DNA of 64,000 bases from Lingula anatina (taxonomy: Eukaryota; Animalia; Brachiopoda), in assembly GCA_051362555.1 (NCBI GenBank), contig CM120646.1, positions 21,266,001-21,330,000 of the forward strand, given 5' to 3'. The notes below the pieces were generated by a model, which was not told the DNA's origin, did no database searches, and worked only from the letters and a program-made list of their open reading frames with translations. The translations under genes were made by a program, and so were the position numbers. Below, one piece after another: positions 1-13,100 of the stretch; the first letter of the stretch is position 1, and each line of letters starts with the position of its first letter.

Positions 1-851
1 CTGAAACCTTTTTTTTTTTTCCATCGGTGTGCAATTTGAAATAAGACTTGTGGAAGACTGTTTGCAAAGTGCTCAAAAAAAGCTCCTAGGAGTTAGTAGA
101 AGACTTAACATATGATAACTGTTGGAGGTATTATGGAATTCGCCTGGGGAATTCTGCAGTCAGGCAACTAGAATTTAAGACAAAGACAAGTGTTTGCTAA
201 TGAACCACTTGCCCAATGTAAATTGGCTGTTATAAAGCACCCCCCCCCACCCACCCACCCACCCACCCATCCACCACCACCACTATTTGATTTTCTTTTT
301 TTTTTTTTTTTTTTGCCCCTTACTTCCCCACAACCTCCCAAGTCTTTTAAAAATTGATTTTGGATTGGGGCAAGTAGAAATTTAGACGGCTTGTCAAGCT
401 CTTAAGTGGATTGCCCTGAGTTCCCAAGTTTACTGAAGACTCCCCTCTGTTGTCAGGGTGCTTCTGTTGTTATAGCTCTCCTGACGGTGGAGGAGAGATT
501 CCAGTTAACTCTGTACCACAGGGCTAAGCACATGGAAGTAGAAGTTAGAACTATTGGATAAAGTTTTTACTGTAACATATGTGGTTAACTTGATCATAGA
601 AGATTTTTAATGATTTGAAAATGACTGATTTGAAAATGACTTTCTTGATTATTTCCATTGAATTTTTGTTAAATGTAATTGTTATTATTATTTTGCAAAC
701 TTCACCATTGTTGCTTGTTCACTAAGTGTTACCAGTTATTAAATTAACATTTTCATTTTATGTAGTGTGCTTGTTCAATCTTTTTCGTGTTTATTAAAAA
801 TTTTTCAACTTACTAATGTTTTTTAAAAAGCTGTATCTTAATGTATTCCAG

Positions 852-979
852 CTCCTGTTTCTTAGTGGCGGGGTGCAGTTGGTGCTCTCTGGGCAAAGAA
901 GGAGAAACTTTAGAGTCCCCTTTCTGTGCTAGCCAGTCTGTATGTTACTTTGGAAAACTGGGTCAGTCCTGTTCTAATG
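852..979 (+). CDS. CACHD1-like: Penultimate coding exon of a VWA/Cache domain-containing protein 1-like (CACHD1-like) membrane protein; Cys-rich juxtamembrane segment
   Basis: ttccag acceptor ends at 851. Translates to SCFLVAGCSWCSLGKEGETLESPFCASQSVCYFGKLGQSCSN, with the same Cys/Trp spacing as the CACHD1 segment as I recall it (CFGVLDCEWC...KPYCAPQKECFGG). Phase-1 donor gtatgt at 980, with an alternative phase-1 donor gtcagt at 962. Both fit the phase-1 acceptor at 1165. Confidence 0.7.
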
Positions 980-1164
980 GTATGTATTGCGTACACATGC
1001 ACAAACTCGCACAAGTGCTTACACTCAAACTCTGATAAAAAAGCAAAAATTCTGGGCATAGCTAGTCGAAATGGTTCACTTCAACTTTAAAATATATTAA
1101 TTTATTATAATTATTGTATTAATTTATGATAATTATAGATTTATTTATACTTACCCCATTACAG

Positions 1165-1484
1165 ATACCTGCTCAGATCCTGAATGTGAAACACAAACAT
1201 CTGATGAAAACAATGCAGGGGCAGTGGCTGGGGGAGTCATAGGGGCAGTTATACTACTTATCTTAATCATCACCATATTCATGTTGTACAAGAAAGGGAA
1301 GATCTGTGCATCTAAGCCCATAACACCACATACTGTGAATAGCCCCAGCTCCAATATCTTGGCTGTCTCTGATACAACCTCCCCCCCTGTGAACCCGTCT
1401 GCTCCACCCTCCTTTGGACACGTTGATGTGGACCCCCCACCAAGTTACACAGAGGTCTATCAGCAAGGGTTCACTTATAAGTAA
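1165..1484 (+). CDS. CACHD1-like: Terminal coding exon of the CACHD1-like protein: transmembrane helix and short cytoplasmic tail
   Basis: ttacag acceptor ends at 1164. Translates to (D)TCSDPECETQTSDENNAGAVAGGVIGAVILLILIITIFMLYKKGK...PSAPPSF...PPPSYTEVYQQGFTYK*. The hydrophobic helix is followed by a KKGK stop-transfer. GAVAGGVIG resembles the CACHD1 TM entry GPVAGGIMG. The rest of the gene lies upstream of the window. Confidence 0.75.
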
Positions 1485-2811
1485 CAGTGCTTTTTTATTT
1501 CATCTTCAAATTTCTTATAGACAGGTGATATGATTAGGATGTGAGAGACAGAGCACTTGGCTTAAGCATCACTTGCACTTTACAAGTCTTGCCATTTCCA
1601 GATAATTTTATCTGAAATACTGGTATCAGGTGTGTATACGGGATTGCAATGAAGTTGCTTAACATAGGTACATGTTCCTCACGTTGTATAATGTGATTTA
1701 TTCATCACAATTCAGATTTAAGATAGGACAACAAATGACTTGCCCAAGTCCCATTCCAGACATGTTAATGTGATATTCAATACAAATTCACATTCCAGAT
1801 GTGATAACATGATTTTCATCCCAATTCACATTCCAGATGAGCAAAAACACTGCTTTTATCTCTTTATGTTCTTTGTATTACATATATTTAATTATTAACT
1901 ATTTTTATAGGATATTATTATTATTATTAATACTCAAGAGAAGTGAAGTGAGAACTGAATCTCTATGCATTCTAATTTCCATTTAATTAACACAGGGTTG
2001 AGCATTATTTACATTTTTGTTGAATATACTTTTTCTTTTATACAAAAGAAATATCCATTGAAAATGTTCATGTTTTCTCAAAGAATACCCCACTCTGCCA
2101 GAAATGAGATTTTAGACTATATATTAATACATATCATATAACTGTCATTGAAATTGCTCAACTCATCTGGAACACTGTTCACGCATTATCATTTTGAAAC
2201 CAGATGGAGAAACTGAGCAGTTCAGAAATGATGCATATCTGTATGGAAAAATATTGCATAATATACAGACATCACAGGCATTGTGAATATCTGAATATAT
2301 GTGTCTGAATATATTTTTTTACTGGATTTATTTTACAAAAAAAAATTAACAAAGACAAAATTGTCCTAACATTGAGGACCCCTGCTGTAAACCAAGTAAA
2401 AGAAAAAAAATGTTATTACTGGAAGAATTATTTATGCTGTATAAATTATTTATAGTATCACCTTGACCTTCGAAGAAATGATTTTTGCAGTGTTCTTATC
2501 AGTCAAGGTAAAAACGGTTTCAGTCTGTATCTGTATGTATGTGTTTACAGTTTATATTTATAATGTTATACACTGGGACAGGTAAGAATGGTTTTATTGG
2601 CCAATGACAACTTTTTCCTCTGTCTTAGACCTCTTTTTCTTTTGCTCAAGTAACAGCCATTTCAATTTTTTTTTTAATTTGATAATGTAAGCTTTAATTA
2701 CTCCAGATGTTTTATGCTGGGAACTTTTATGGACACACTATGCAATGTACAATATCCTAGATGTATTTTGGAAATAATTTTCTGCATTAATATGGTATAT
2801 ACAATTTCTTT

Positions 2812-3042
2812 AATAAAGTAGTAATGATGGGCACCTTCTTTATCCTATACTATTGTTATTAAAATATTTGTTTTATTTACTTACACATTTCCTTGCTGAC
2901 TCAAATCCAACTTGTATTCAGGATTTTCATGTCATTTTCTAAGTTGAGAAACAATTTTTTTTCATTGGCAAAATAATCAATTATTTGGATTTCCTGGAGA
3001 AAGTGCCTTGTTTTTACATTTGCTTTTGTTGGTGCAAATAAA
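2812..3042 (+). terminator. Candidate polyadenylation signals of the CACHD1-like gene
   Basis: AATAAA at 2812-2817 and 3037-3042 at the end of a T-rich 3'UTR-like tract. Confidence 0.45.
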
Positions 3043-3123
3043 TCTGTAAAATCTTGAAATGTTTCCTTTTAATCTGCATACCAATAGATAAATGAAAGAC
3101 ACTGTAAAATTAAAAATAACAAG

Positions 3124-3314
3124 TTTATTAATTTAACATGAAGCAATAACATTTGTACAACACAATTATGTAACTTTGTGACAGAGATAGAAGTGAACTT
3201 ATTATAATGATGGCAGCATGATTTTTTGTACAATTTATTTTTAATTAGAAACATAGATGCGAGTTAAAATTTGATACTACAAATGTCATATTTCTCCTTC
3301 CAAAAAGGCTTTAT
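3124..3314 (-). terminator. Candidate polyadenylation signals of FYCO1
   Basis: TTTATT (AATAAA on the minus strand) at 3124-3129, 3234-3239 and 3309-3314. Base skew flips from T-rich to A-rich near 3070-3100. Confidence 0.4.
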
Positions 3315-4630
3315 TCTGAAGATGTTCTTTTTATATCACAAAGTTGATAAATTAAATGCTAAAATTAAACTATACAAAACATATTTAATAATATAATTAT
3401 TAAGTCAATTTAAATGATTTTTACTAAGTCTTCATAAATGAATCCTAAAACATTTATATAAATTAATAAATCAAGTTGACATAAAAGCATAGTGGCACCA
3501 TTGCTCCAAGTGATCTGACTGGCACATAAACATACAGTATTTTAAAACAAGCTAGTAATTTCAAGTTTCTAGGATCCAAATTGTTTTAAATATTTTATTT
3601 GTACAGTAACTTACCAGACCAGATGAAAAAAAAAACTTGTCATTGGTTCACTTATTAAATTATGTATGGAAACTAAGGTGCACTGGATTTTCAAATACAA
3701 ATACTGATATTAAAACAAGGGTAAAAGTTCTGTGTCCTGAATCAAATCTAAACGTTGTTTTATAATATTTTTTTTTTAGTTTTTATGGTGCTTATCTTTC
3801 TTCAGAATAAGCCCTTGTAAATAACTTATTTAGTGGTTTTTAATTTACCCCCAAAATATCTAAATTTTTTAATATTAAGTTATCCACAACCCAATATTTA
3901 ACATTTCCATAAGATAAAGTTCAGACAACTGAGCATATTTCCTACCTACAAGAATAACAGTTTATAGAGAAGTATTTCCACCATAATCAGAATAGAGCAG
4001 CAAGCTGAGAAACATTGTACATGGACTGGAGGTAGTCACAATATTGGCCTGTAATAAATATCCATACATTTACCCTAAGCTTGCTTTTTACCACAGATAA
4101 TAGGATTTCAGCCAAAATTCTGAGATAAAATTTGGACATAACATTTCAGAAAAAAAAAACAACATGGCACAGTTAGAGAAAAAAATTATAAATAAAGGCC
4201 TATTCACTGCTATATAAAAATATGAGATCGAAAGATGAGTAAGTACAACTATTTGCTTTTTAATATCTGTAAGCTATGGAATTCTTAATGGAGAGGGATG
4301 ATGGGGGGGGGAGGGGAGGGGGGCATTCAAGGAACATTGTCTTTCCATATCGCCCCTTGAAACAGCTGAGATTTCCCATTATCTGATGCGAGGGGGGGGG
4401 GGTGCGCACAATAACTTTTTTTTGCCATACTTGGCTTAGCATCCTCGCATACATATGCCAGTTAAGGGAGACTATTACACATAGGCACAGGGAAGGCAAA
4501 CATTGCACCATATGTTTTGATCTACTCTAATTTCTTTTTGGATGAGGGGATAAAATGGGAAAACTGCGCAAGCTTGGGGGGGGGGGCATGCCTCACAGGG
4601 CACCTGCTCCCAACATGGTCATCAGTAATC

Positions 4631-5499
4631 TCAACTATCCCTTCTAATCTCCAAGTGGTAGCTTAATTTCTTTGAGGTGAACCTGGAACAAAAAATATAT
4701 AATTCTGTCACAGCATTTATCTATAGCTTTGACCCTATTAGAACCAATTAATATCAATCATTGTACAATTTAATATTACCCAATTACTGAAATCTTTGAA
4801 ATATACATATTCTGCAAGGCATTCTGCAGGGGGGTCCAGGGGGTATAAAAACAACGCTCCAATGTCCAGACGACAGACGATTACTAGATAAATATGGAAA
4901 ATTAACCTGGCCCTTTGTTGTTAAAAATCATTAGGGGTTATTATTATTATTATTATTACCTGGACCCAGTGTTGTCAAAGATCAGTGTATACAGCCCCGC
5001 CTGGCGTGCCTGTAGCTCCCCAGTGACTGGTTTCTTATGCGAGTTCACCTTCGTGGTCGGGATCAGAGTCTCCGGGGCTGTCTCCTCACTGGTCCTGTAC
5101 GTCACGGCAAAATGAATGTTCTGAAATAGTGATGATAAACAGATATTGTACTTTTTCATTCCTTCTGAAAAGTATATTATTTAGATTCTTGATAAATTGA
5201 ATGTTTTTAAATAGATACTATAGCATACAGTCTTTTTCCTTATTTTGGACATAAATATTTTAAAATTATTGAAAATTAATGTCATATAATTATTATAATG
5301 ATCATAAAGATACAGATATCCATAGCAAAGAAAATTTCAATATCTTAAAGCACCCTTCCTCCAAAAACACACACAAACACACACACACACAAAACAAATA
5401 CACATTTTCTTTTTTCTATCAAAATAACTATCTTCAAGGATCCTTAATGAATCTGAATCAGAAAAAGATACCATCCTCTACCCACCTCCATTCCCCTGC

Positions 5500-5562
<63 letters not shown>

Positions 5563-5770
5563 TAAAAAATTTCAACACATAAATTATGATTCTGTTGTCA
5601 CTCAAGATACCTTAGGATCCGTAGTAAACTCCCAGCAGAGGATAATTCCTGGCTCTTCAATCAAGACAGGCACAGCAAAGGACTGTCCAGCTTTCACCCA
5701 GAGGTCATCAGGTACCAGTCCCTGACCGTTCTCTATCTCCTCTGCGGACAACGTGAAACTGCTCGTCAGT
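4631..5770 (-). CDS. FYCO1: FYCO1 C-terminal GOLD domain exons (5770-5611, 5120-4960, 4682-4631)
   Basis: [32 protein letters not shown] / NIHFAVTY...[36 protein letters not shown] / [16 protein letters not shown], containing the typical GOLD G.Y.L.FDN..S motif. Confidence 0.92.
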
Positions 5771-8254
5771 CTGAACACAGAGCGAGAGAGAGATTTAAGT
5801 GTTTATAAATAATTACCACAAATACAAGCAATGCATCGTTGATAAAAAATAAGAAATAATTTCTAAAAAGACTAATCAATGTTTTCCTACCTATGAGGCA
5901 TGATAATCCTACATGTAATCTACATACAGCAACAGTCAGTGGTGTAATTAAATCCCTATGAGAAGGGTCAAAACATAAATATATATTTTTTTTAATTTAT
6001 CTTCATGCACAAGACAATGAAAAACTGATTCATCAAACCATACTGTTTTACTATGCTTCTATAGTTTGTTACAGTATTTAGATTTGTATTTATAGACATA
6101 GTAACAGACATGCTGAAACATCAGAATTTTTTTTACTCACCAAAGATATATGAGGACGATGGCTGAGGGGAAATCAAAATTTCTCAGGAGTAAAAATATG
6201 TCTTAGTTTGTGACAAGAAAGCTTTGGATCAGCTTGTAGCTTCAACAAAACAAGTCATCCTGGCAGTTACTCACCCCTCTTGGCTGTGCAGAAATTTTCC
6301 AGATTCTGACAAGGATTTGGCAATTTCTTCATCTGTAATCTCTTCAAAAGTTTCATCATGGTGAACAGCTGTGGCACATGGTATTTCAGTCGCCTTTGGA
6401 GGGGAGGGGTGGCCATTTTGTTTAGTTCTAGAAAAATTATGAAAACTGATCACATGAAGAGCAGCAAGAAAAATTAATTGATAACATTGTTGAAACATAC
6501 ATAACAGCAAAATATGTGCACCAGAGTTAGGAGAATTTGGCCTTGGTTTTTTTTTTTAATCAAAATATCCCAAACACAGTTTACTTGGTCATATTGTTAC
6601 AGTTATCTGAATGGAAGGAGCAACAGTTATGAATCACGTACCAAAACCAGTGTAATAAAACAAAAATTAGTTCATTTCAAAGACAGGAAGTAAGAATGGT
6701 CAATTTCAAACTTGTGACAAAATTCACAAATCGTTCCCCGTCTTCCATACCCCGTCTCTTTGGTGTCATCTATTTCGTTGACAGTCTCGTGTTTCCTGTC
6801 CCCATTCCCCAGGGCAGAGGTCACCGTTTTTCGGAGGTTGTCTCCACTTGCTTCCGGTTCTGGTACTGAAGACATCATGGCTGCTGGAGACAGAGGAGAG
6901 AAGAATATATTCTCTTGTATCATTAATTTTTCTAAAATATATATTGGATTAAAATCCAATCCCATTCACTTTATAAAAAAAAATCATGTTGTTTTATTCT
7001 GACAAAAGAATGCTGATCTATCTTCACCTATCCAGATGGATTTTTTTTTATAAGGAACAAGGTTAAACTTGAAAATCTTTGAACAAAAGTGACAATAGTG
7101 TGTACTGTAAGATTTATGCTGTGACTGAATTCTAGTTCACACTTTTCCTATTCTATCACTTGAACATTTTGTTTCATTAATATTTTTTCCATGAAAATTG
7201 ACTGATGTTGCTTTAGAGACGCTCCTGTTAGTGCAAATATAAAAATAATTAACAATTATGTTTATGTGTTGATGCATAATTAAGATAAATACAAGTTGTA
7301 TAAAAAATTTGCTTTAATCTCAATAATAATGTTGCAATAACATTTTCAACTTCAAATAGTTACTGTTATATACTATTTTACTGACAATCGTATCATTATG
7401 ATAATGATAAAATTTAGTAGATAAACCTTCTTCCTTCAGTGAAGGAGACGATCCTTTGCCTGGTCCCTCTTCTATTACATTGGATGCGTTTTCTATACAA
7501 GACTTTGTCTGAGGACTTTCTTGTACAGCTCCCCCTACAGGAGGGCTTTCTTGTGGAGTGGGGGATTCTGAAACATTTTACACACAGTTATCATGAAATC
7601 TTAAACATTATTATGATATATCAAATACATATAATGTTACTTGGTACAAACACATCTTGAACAGTTATGCAAAATTATCAATTACCTGCACTCTAATTTA
7701 AATTTTGTTATCTATTTGCAACACCTCAAGAAAAGTCAAACTAGAGAAAGACATACTGAAGCAAGTGATAAAATTTCAAAGTTCTGATGGAGGCTGGACT
7801 GAAACAGGGATAAAAATATCAAATCTGATTTCGAATGACTAACAAACCCTCACCATTATCTAGCTCTCTGCTGCGGCTTTTCCTGAAATCTTCCGTCTGG
7901 TCGACCTCTGAGTCACTCTCTTCCTCTATCAGTGAGGTGTTCTGATGTTTGTCCCTCACCTCCTGGTACTCTATATAGCAGCCATTGCACACCCTGGCCT
8001 TCTGCCTGAATAGATAAATAGTTTGAATATTTGGAGTAGCAATGTATACAGTAGATAGTCCGTATTTCTTAATTAATTTTTGGGATGAAAGAATTTGTTT
8101 AAGTTACACAGTAATTCCAGTTAGGCAATGTTTATCAAAGTTTCACCTTAGGCCAAAGAACAATCAATTTCACAAGATTTATCACAAAACACATGAGAAT
8201 TGGAATCAAAGGTGAAGATTTACAAGTATTCTATTCCATATGACATCATACACA

Positions 8255-8293
<39 letters not shown>

Positions 8294-10085
8294 GCACACA
8301 CACACAAGCACACACACACACACATGCATGTACACACACACGCACACACACACATGCACACACACACATACACACATCATATCCGTACTTGCTGTGAGGG
8401 GTATCCAGCCAATTATCACTACACTTCCAGCAGAAGATTCTCCCACACAGCCGACAGTGGTGTTTCCTCAGCATCAGCGAAAACTGAGACTTGCAGCCCA
8501 GGCAGTGCGCCACCGTGCTGTCATCCATCCACTTCTCCGAGGCTTTCATTCTGTGCTCGAACTCCAGCTTGTCTGTCCTCTTCCACAGGTTGTCTTTCTC
8601 CCTGGAGAACACAGAGAGAGGTTGTGACAGAGAATTGCGTGTTTTGTCTCACCTAACACATTTCTGAACACTGCATTGTCATTCTCCAGAGAGATGGTGA
8701 CAGGGATGGTTACCGAGACACTTGACTTGAGAAGTGAAAATGAATTGTGATCTTTGTCTCACTAAGCACATTTGTCAACATTTCAGTATCATTTTTTCAA
8801 ATTGGAGATAATGACAAGGAGTGTGATAAAATTGAAACTTTTTTTCTCTACTATGACATTCCTTAAATCTATTAGTGTTGAGTCAATCATATGTTGAAAA
8901 TCAAAATATTTATAGTATAGCCATGATGCCCAGATTTTACCTCTAAAACATTCGGAACTTTTGTCAATATTAAAAATATCTTAAAATAGCTTTTAAAAAT
9001 CATACAAACTAAAAAAAAAGCGACTTCAAACTGTGTATGAATTTGCCAAAAAACTGAAATATCACGATTTATTAATTTAATTCAGTGTTTGAGATCTTAA
9101 GAGCTGACAGTGTCAGACATTACTCCAGACTTACTTTATCAATTTAATCAGCTTCTTCTTCAGTTCCACCATATCTATGTTTAACTGTTGGATTTCTTTG
9201 TCTTTTTCTTTTATCACAGCATCTTTGCTCTTCTTCACATTCTGGGCTTCATTCTGAGAAAATTTTCAACAGAGACATGAAACTAATTGGACATTGTATC
9301 AGTTGTATTTTTCATTATTTTTAATCGTACATAAAAAATCATTCTGGTTTTTTAAAGTCCTATAAAGAAATCAAAAGTGCTTTCTGTTCAACTGATTCAT
9401 TTGCAAAATAAAAAAAAAAAAAACAAGTGAAGTATTTCACATTGCAATCTGAGGGCAAATTGTGCAATGTGTGAATAGAAATTCAGCCATATGCCACATA
9501 AAAAGATGATTTATTTGCCAAAATTATCAAGCACATGGCATACCTTCAATTTCAGCACTAAGTTCCTTTCCTCATCCAGCAAAGAATTGGTCTGTGGAGA
9601 AAGAATAAGTTCCATCAATCTCAACTGATAACAGTACAATAAAAATACTTACACATCTACAATGTACACACATGCAATCATATGTGCACACACATATACA
9701 TTTATATACTCACATATGTACATGTAGACTTTACACAATTTCTTTTTTTATTACAACAATTTCAGGACATACCCTCCTCAAAGAATCACTCATCAGTTTA
9801 CACTCCTCTCCTTTTTCTGACAGTCCTTGTCTCAGCTCTTCTAACTGAAAGAAGACAGGTCACTATGAACAGAAAAATAGTTTAAATTTCAATGCTTGGC
9901 AGAAAACAGTGGTCTGTGTTTGTTTAAAAGTGTGTGTGTGTACGTGTGTGCATGTGTGTACTAAAACGTGTGCATATGACCAAAGAATTATAAGACACTC
10001 CTTTCTCCAGTTCTGTCTGTTTGTAATTTTGTGTGTATGAGCATGTTTATGAAAGCACTTGTTTTTGAAATAGTGTGCACGTGTG

Positions 10086-10144
<59 letters not shown>

Positions 10145-13100
10145 CCCAGGGATCCCTGAGAGCCCCACCTCTCTCCAATTCTGTTCCTTCTCCAGGTCCC
10201 TCTCATTCTTAATGTCCTGCAGGTGCATCTCCAGCGTCTGTATCAGCGTCTCCTGCTCTGACATCTGATCTGTCATCTTGGCTATGTCCATCTGCTGGCT
10301 GGAGTAGCTCTGAAAGAAATAACATCAAGATGGTGGACATTTTGTTCAGAGAAGATTATCATCAATTTCATCGCTGAAATTCTTTCAGTAGAACTATTTA
10401 AAATTATCTCTGGTTCAAAATATTTATATGATAGTTGTTTGTTCTCAGAAAAATGCAATATCCGTAATCTTAATTATCATAATGAAACATTCTGTGTCAT
10501 TTGCACCATAAGTGCATTTCAGTAAATGTTATATATCAACTTACATCTATGCAGATTATGCATTTTTGTGAAAGTGTGAAACACAAAAACAAAGGCTATT
10601 ACTTACTTTCAAGGCAGTTTCAAACTGCAGTTGCTCTGCGCTCATTTGGAATTTCAAAGAAGACACTTCTTGCTCTAAAACATTCCTCTGGTTCTGCCAC
10701 TCCTCTTCCATCTTGGTCATGTGGTCCTGAAAATCTTCCGACTGTTTCTGCATCTCAGCTTTAGCCTCCTCCATCTGGCTCAGAACAGACTCGGAATTTT
10801 CCTGGTGTTCTCTCTGTAAGTCTTCCACTTGTTTCGACATCTGTTCCCTTTCCGCCAACAAGCTCAAAACCCTCTCCTGACTCTCTGAATCCTTGGTCTG
10901 GAATTCCTCCAATTTTGACTCCACGGCCAACTTTTCTTCCTTCATTGCCTGAAGAGTCTGCTGCGTCCTGTCGTGTTCTTCCATCAATGTCCGTAACTTT
11001 CCGTCATTTTGATTTTTCAGGGCCATCAAATCACTGACCTGACTCTGTATGTCTCTCTCAGTCAAGGTAAGATTTTCTTGAATTTGTTGTTTTTCAGTCA
11101 AAACTATGTCATAACTTTTTTGTAATTCTTCAAGTTCTCCTTGAACCTGTTCAAGTTCTTCTTCCAGGCTGTTTTTGGTAGATTCCAATGCTTTGACATT
11201 GCCTAACCCTATTTTCAACTGGGCCTCTGTTTCTACTAATTGTTTTTTTAACTGAACAACATCTTCTGTTACGACTTGATGTTCGAACTTCACCTTGCTG
11301 AATGCAGCACTGAGTGTATCCAGTTCATCTTTCAGGGACTCCTTTTCTGACCGCAACACATCTCTTTCCTTGGTCACAGATTCTAACTGAGACTGAGACA
11401 GTTCTGACGAGGCTTTAAGATCATTGATTTCGGAGGCATGGGCATCGAGTTGAGTCATGTTTGCATCCAAACTGGCACTTTGAGCTGACATATTTTCTTT
11501 CAATTCTGCAATGATCAAGTCCTTTGCTCCCAACTTTCTCTGCTCCTCTTCCCTCATTTTCTTACTCAACTCAACTGATTCTTTTAACCTTTCCTTGTAA
11601 TCTTCAATCTCCCGTGCCATAGTAGAACACTTATCCTCTATTTCTTCCCTCAGCGTTGACGCCTCTTTCAGCTCAGTTTGTAAACCAGCAACTGTGACCT
11701 CCAAAGCATTCTTTAGCTGCCCCCTCATCTCTTCCAGATCTTTTAACAATGAATCTTTCTCATTTTTCGAGGTTTCCAAATCTGTCTCCAGATCATGCTT
11801 CTCTTCCAATAATCTGCCTTTGTCCTGGGAAAGTTTGGCGACAGCTTCTTGCAGCTTGGAGTGTTTATCGGTGAGATCCTCCTTCAGGGTGGCCAGGGTG
11901 TTGATCTGGTCTGTAGCGTTGGACAACTCATCCTCTAAACTTGTGATTCTGACTCGTAATTCCGACATTCCTTCTTCAGAGTTCTGGAGATCCAAGGTGA
12001 CTTTCTGAAAATTGTCTGACAGCATTTGTTTCTCTATTATAAGATCTGAGAGTGTTTTTTCTTTTCCTTCCAGAATGTTTTCCACATTGCCTAGCTGAGC
12101 CGTAAGGTGTTCGATGTTTTCTTTAGCGCTATCCAAGTCAGACTGGTGTTTTGCCATTTGTTCCTTCTTTAGCTGAAGAGCACTAGTGGCTTTTTCAAGT
12201 CGGGAAGCTGTGTCAGCTTCTGTCGTCTGTAGCTTACTGAACTGTGTCTGCAAATCTGCCAGTTGTAACTGAAGCATCTTGTTTTCTTGTTCAGTTTGGG
12301 AATTCTTTTCATTTAAAGTGCTCACCTTGATTTCTAGGTCAGATTTGTCAGTTTGCAGCGTTTCCATCTGAGTTTGTAATTCACACCTGTTTTTCTTTTG
12401 CACTTGAATTTTTTCTTTTATTTGTCTAAAAACAGCCGATGTCTCCTGCAAAGATGAATGGTGGAAAAGAATTTGAAGAGATGTACATGTCAACTTCATT
12501 AATAATACAGACTACCAAATGGGCTTTATGTAAAAACCACACATTAAAATCACATTTTCATTCTAAAATCTTAATTCTAACTTCAATTTAAAACAAAGTG
12601 AAGCAATATTTCTAAGCAAAAGTCTTGCAAATACCATCCATTTCTTAGAACAATCAGTTTTACTTTAATTTCTTTTACTAACCCTCCCATCCTCCTTTTC
12701 CTCATCAGTTAAGTTAGCAGCAGTGTCCTCCATTTTGCTGACCAGCTGACCAATAGTAGACAGGTCGGAGGTCAACATTCTCACTTCCTCTTCTCTCTCT
12801 GACAACAAATAACGGATCTGAGATGCATTCGAAGATTCTTCCTGACTAACGTCCAAGATCTCCTGAACTCTGCGTTCCAAGTTCACTTTGCTTTCTGTCT
12901 CAATCTGAAGTCTGCCTTCTGTGTCTACCAGGGTAGATTTTGCCATTTTCAACTCACTTTCCATTTGAGAAACTTGTGCTTCCAGGCTTAATTTATGACT
13001 TTCTGCATCATCAAGAAGTTTTTGATAGTCACTCTTAATCTGCTCTTTGTCTTTTTCTTTTGCTTCAGCCACCGTTCTTAGCTCTGTAACTTGTAGTTCC

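Noticed and set aside
457-560. Possible additional exon of the CACHD1-like gene
   Set aside because: No frame gives recognisable similarity or a convincing in-phase donor.
8200-8656. Multiple overlapping HT/CV-repeat ORFs (also at 5279, 9988, 10083 and 30789)
   Set aside because: They are translations of CA/GT microsatellites or antisense frames of FYCO1 exons.
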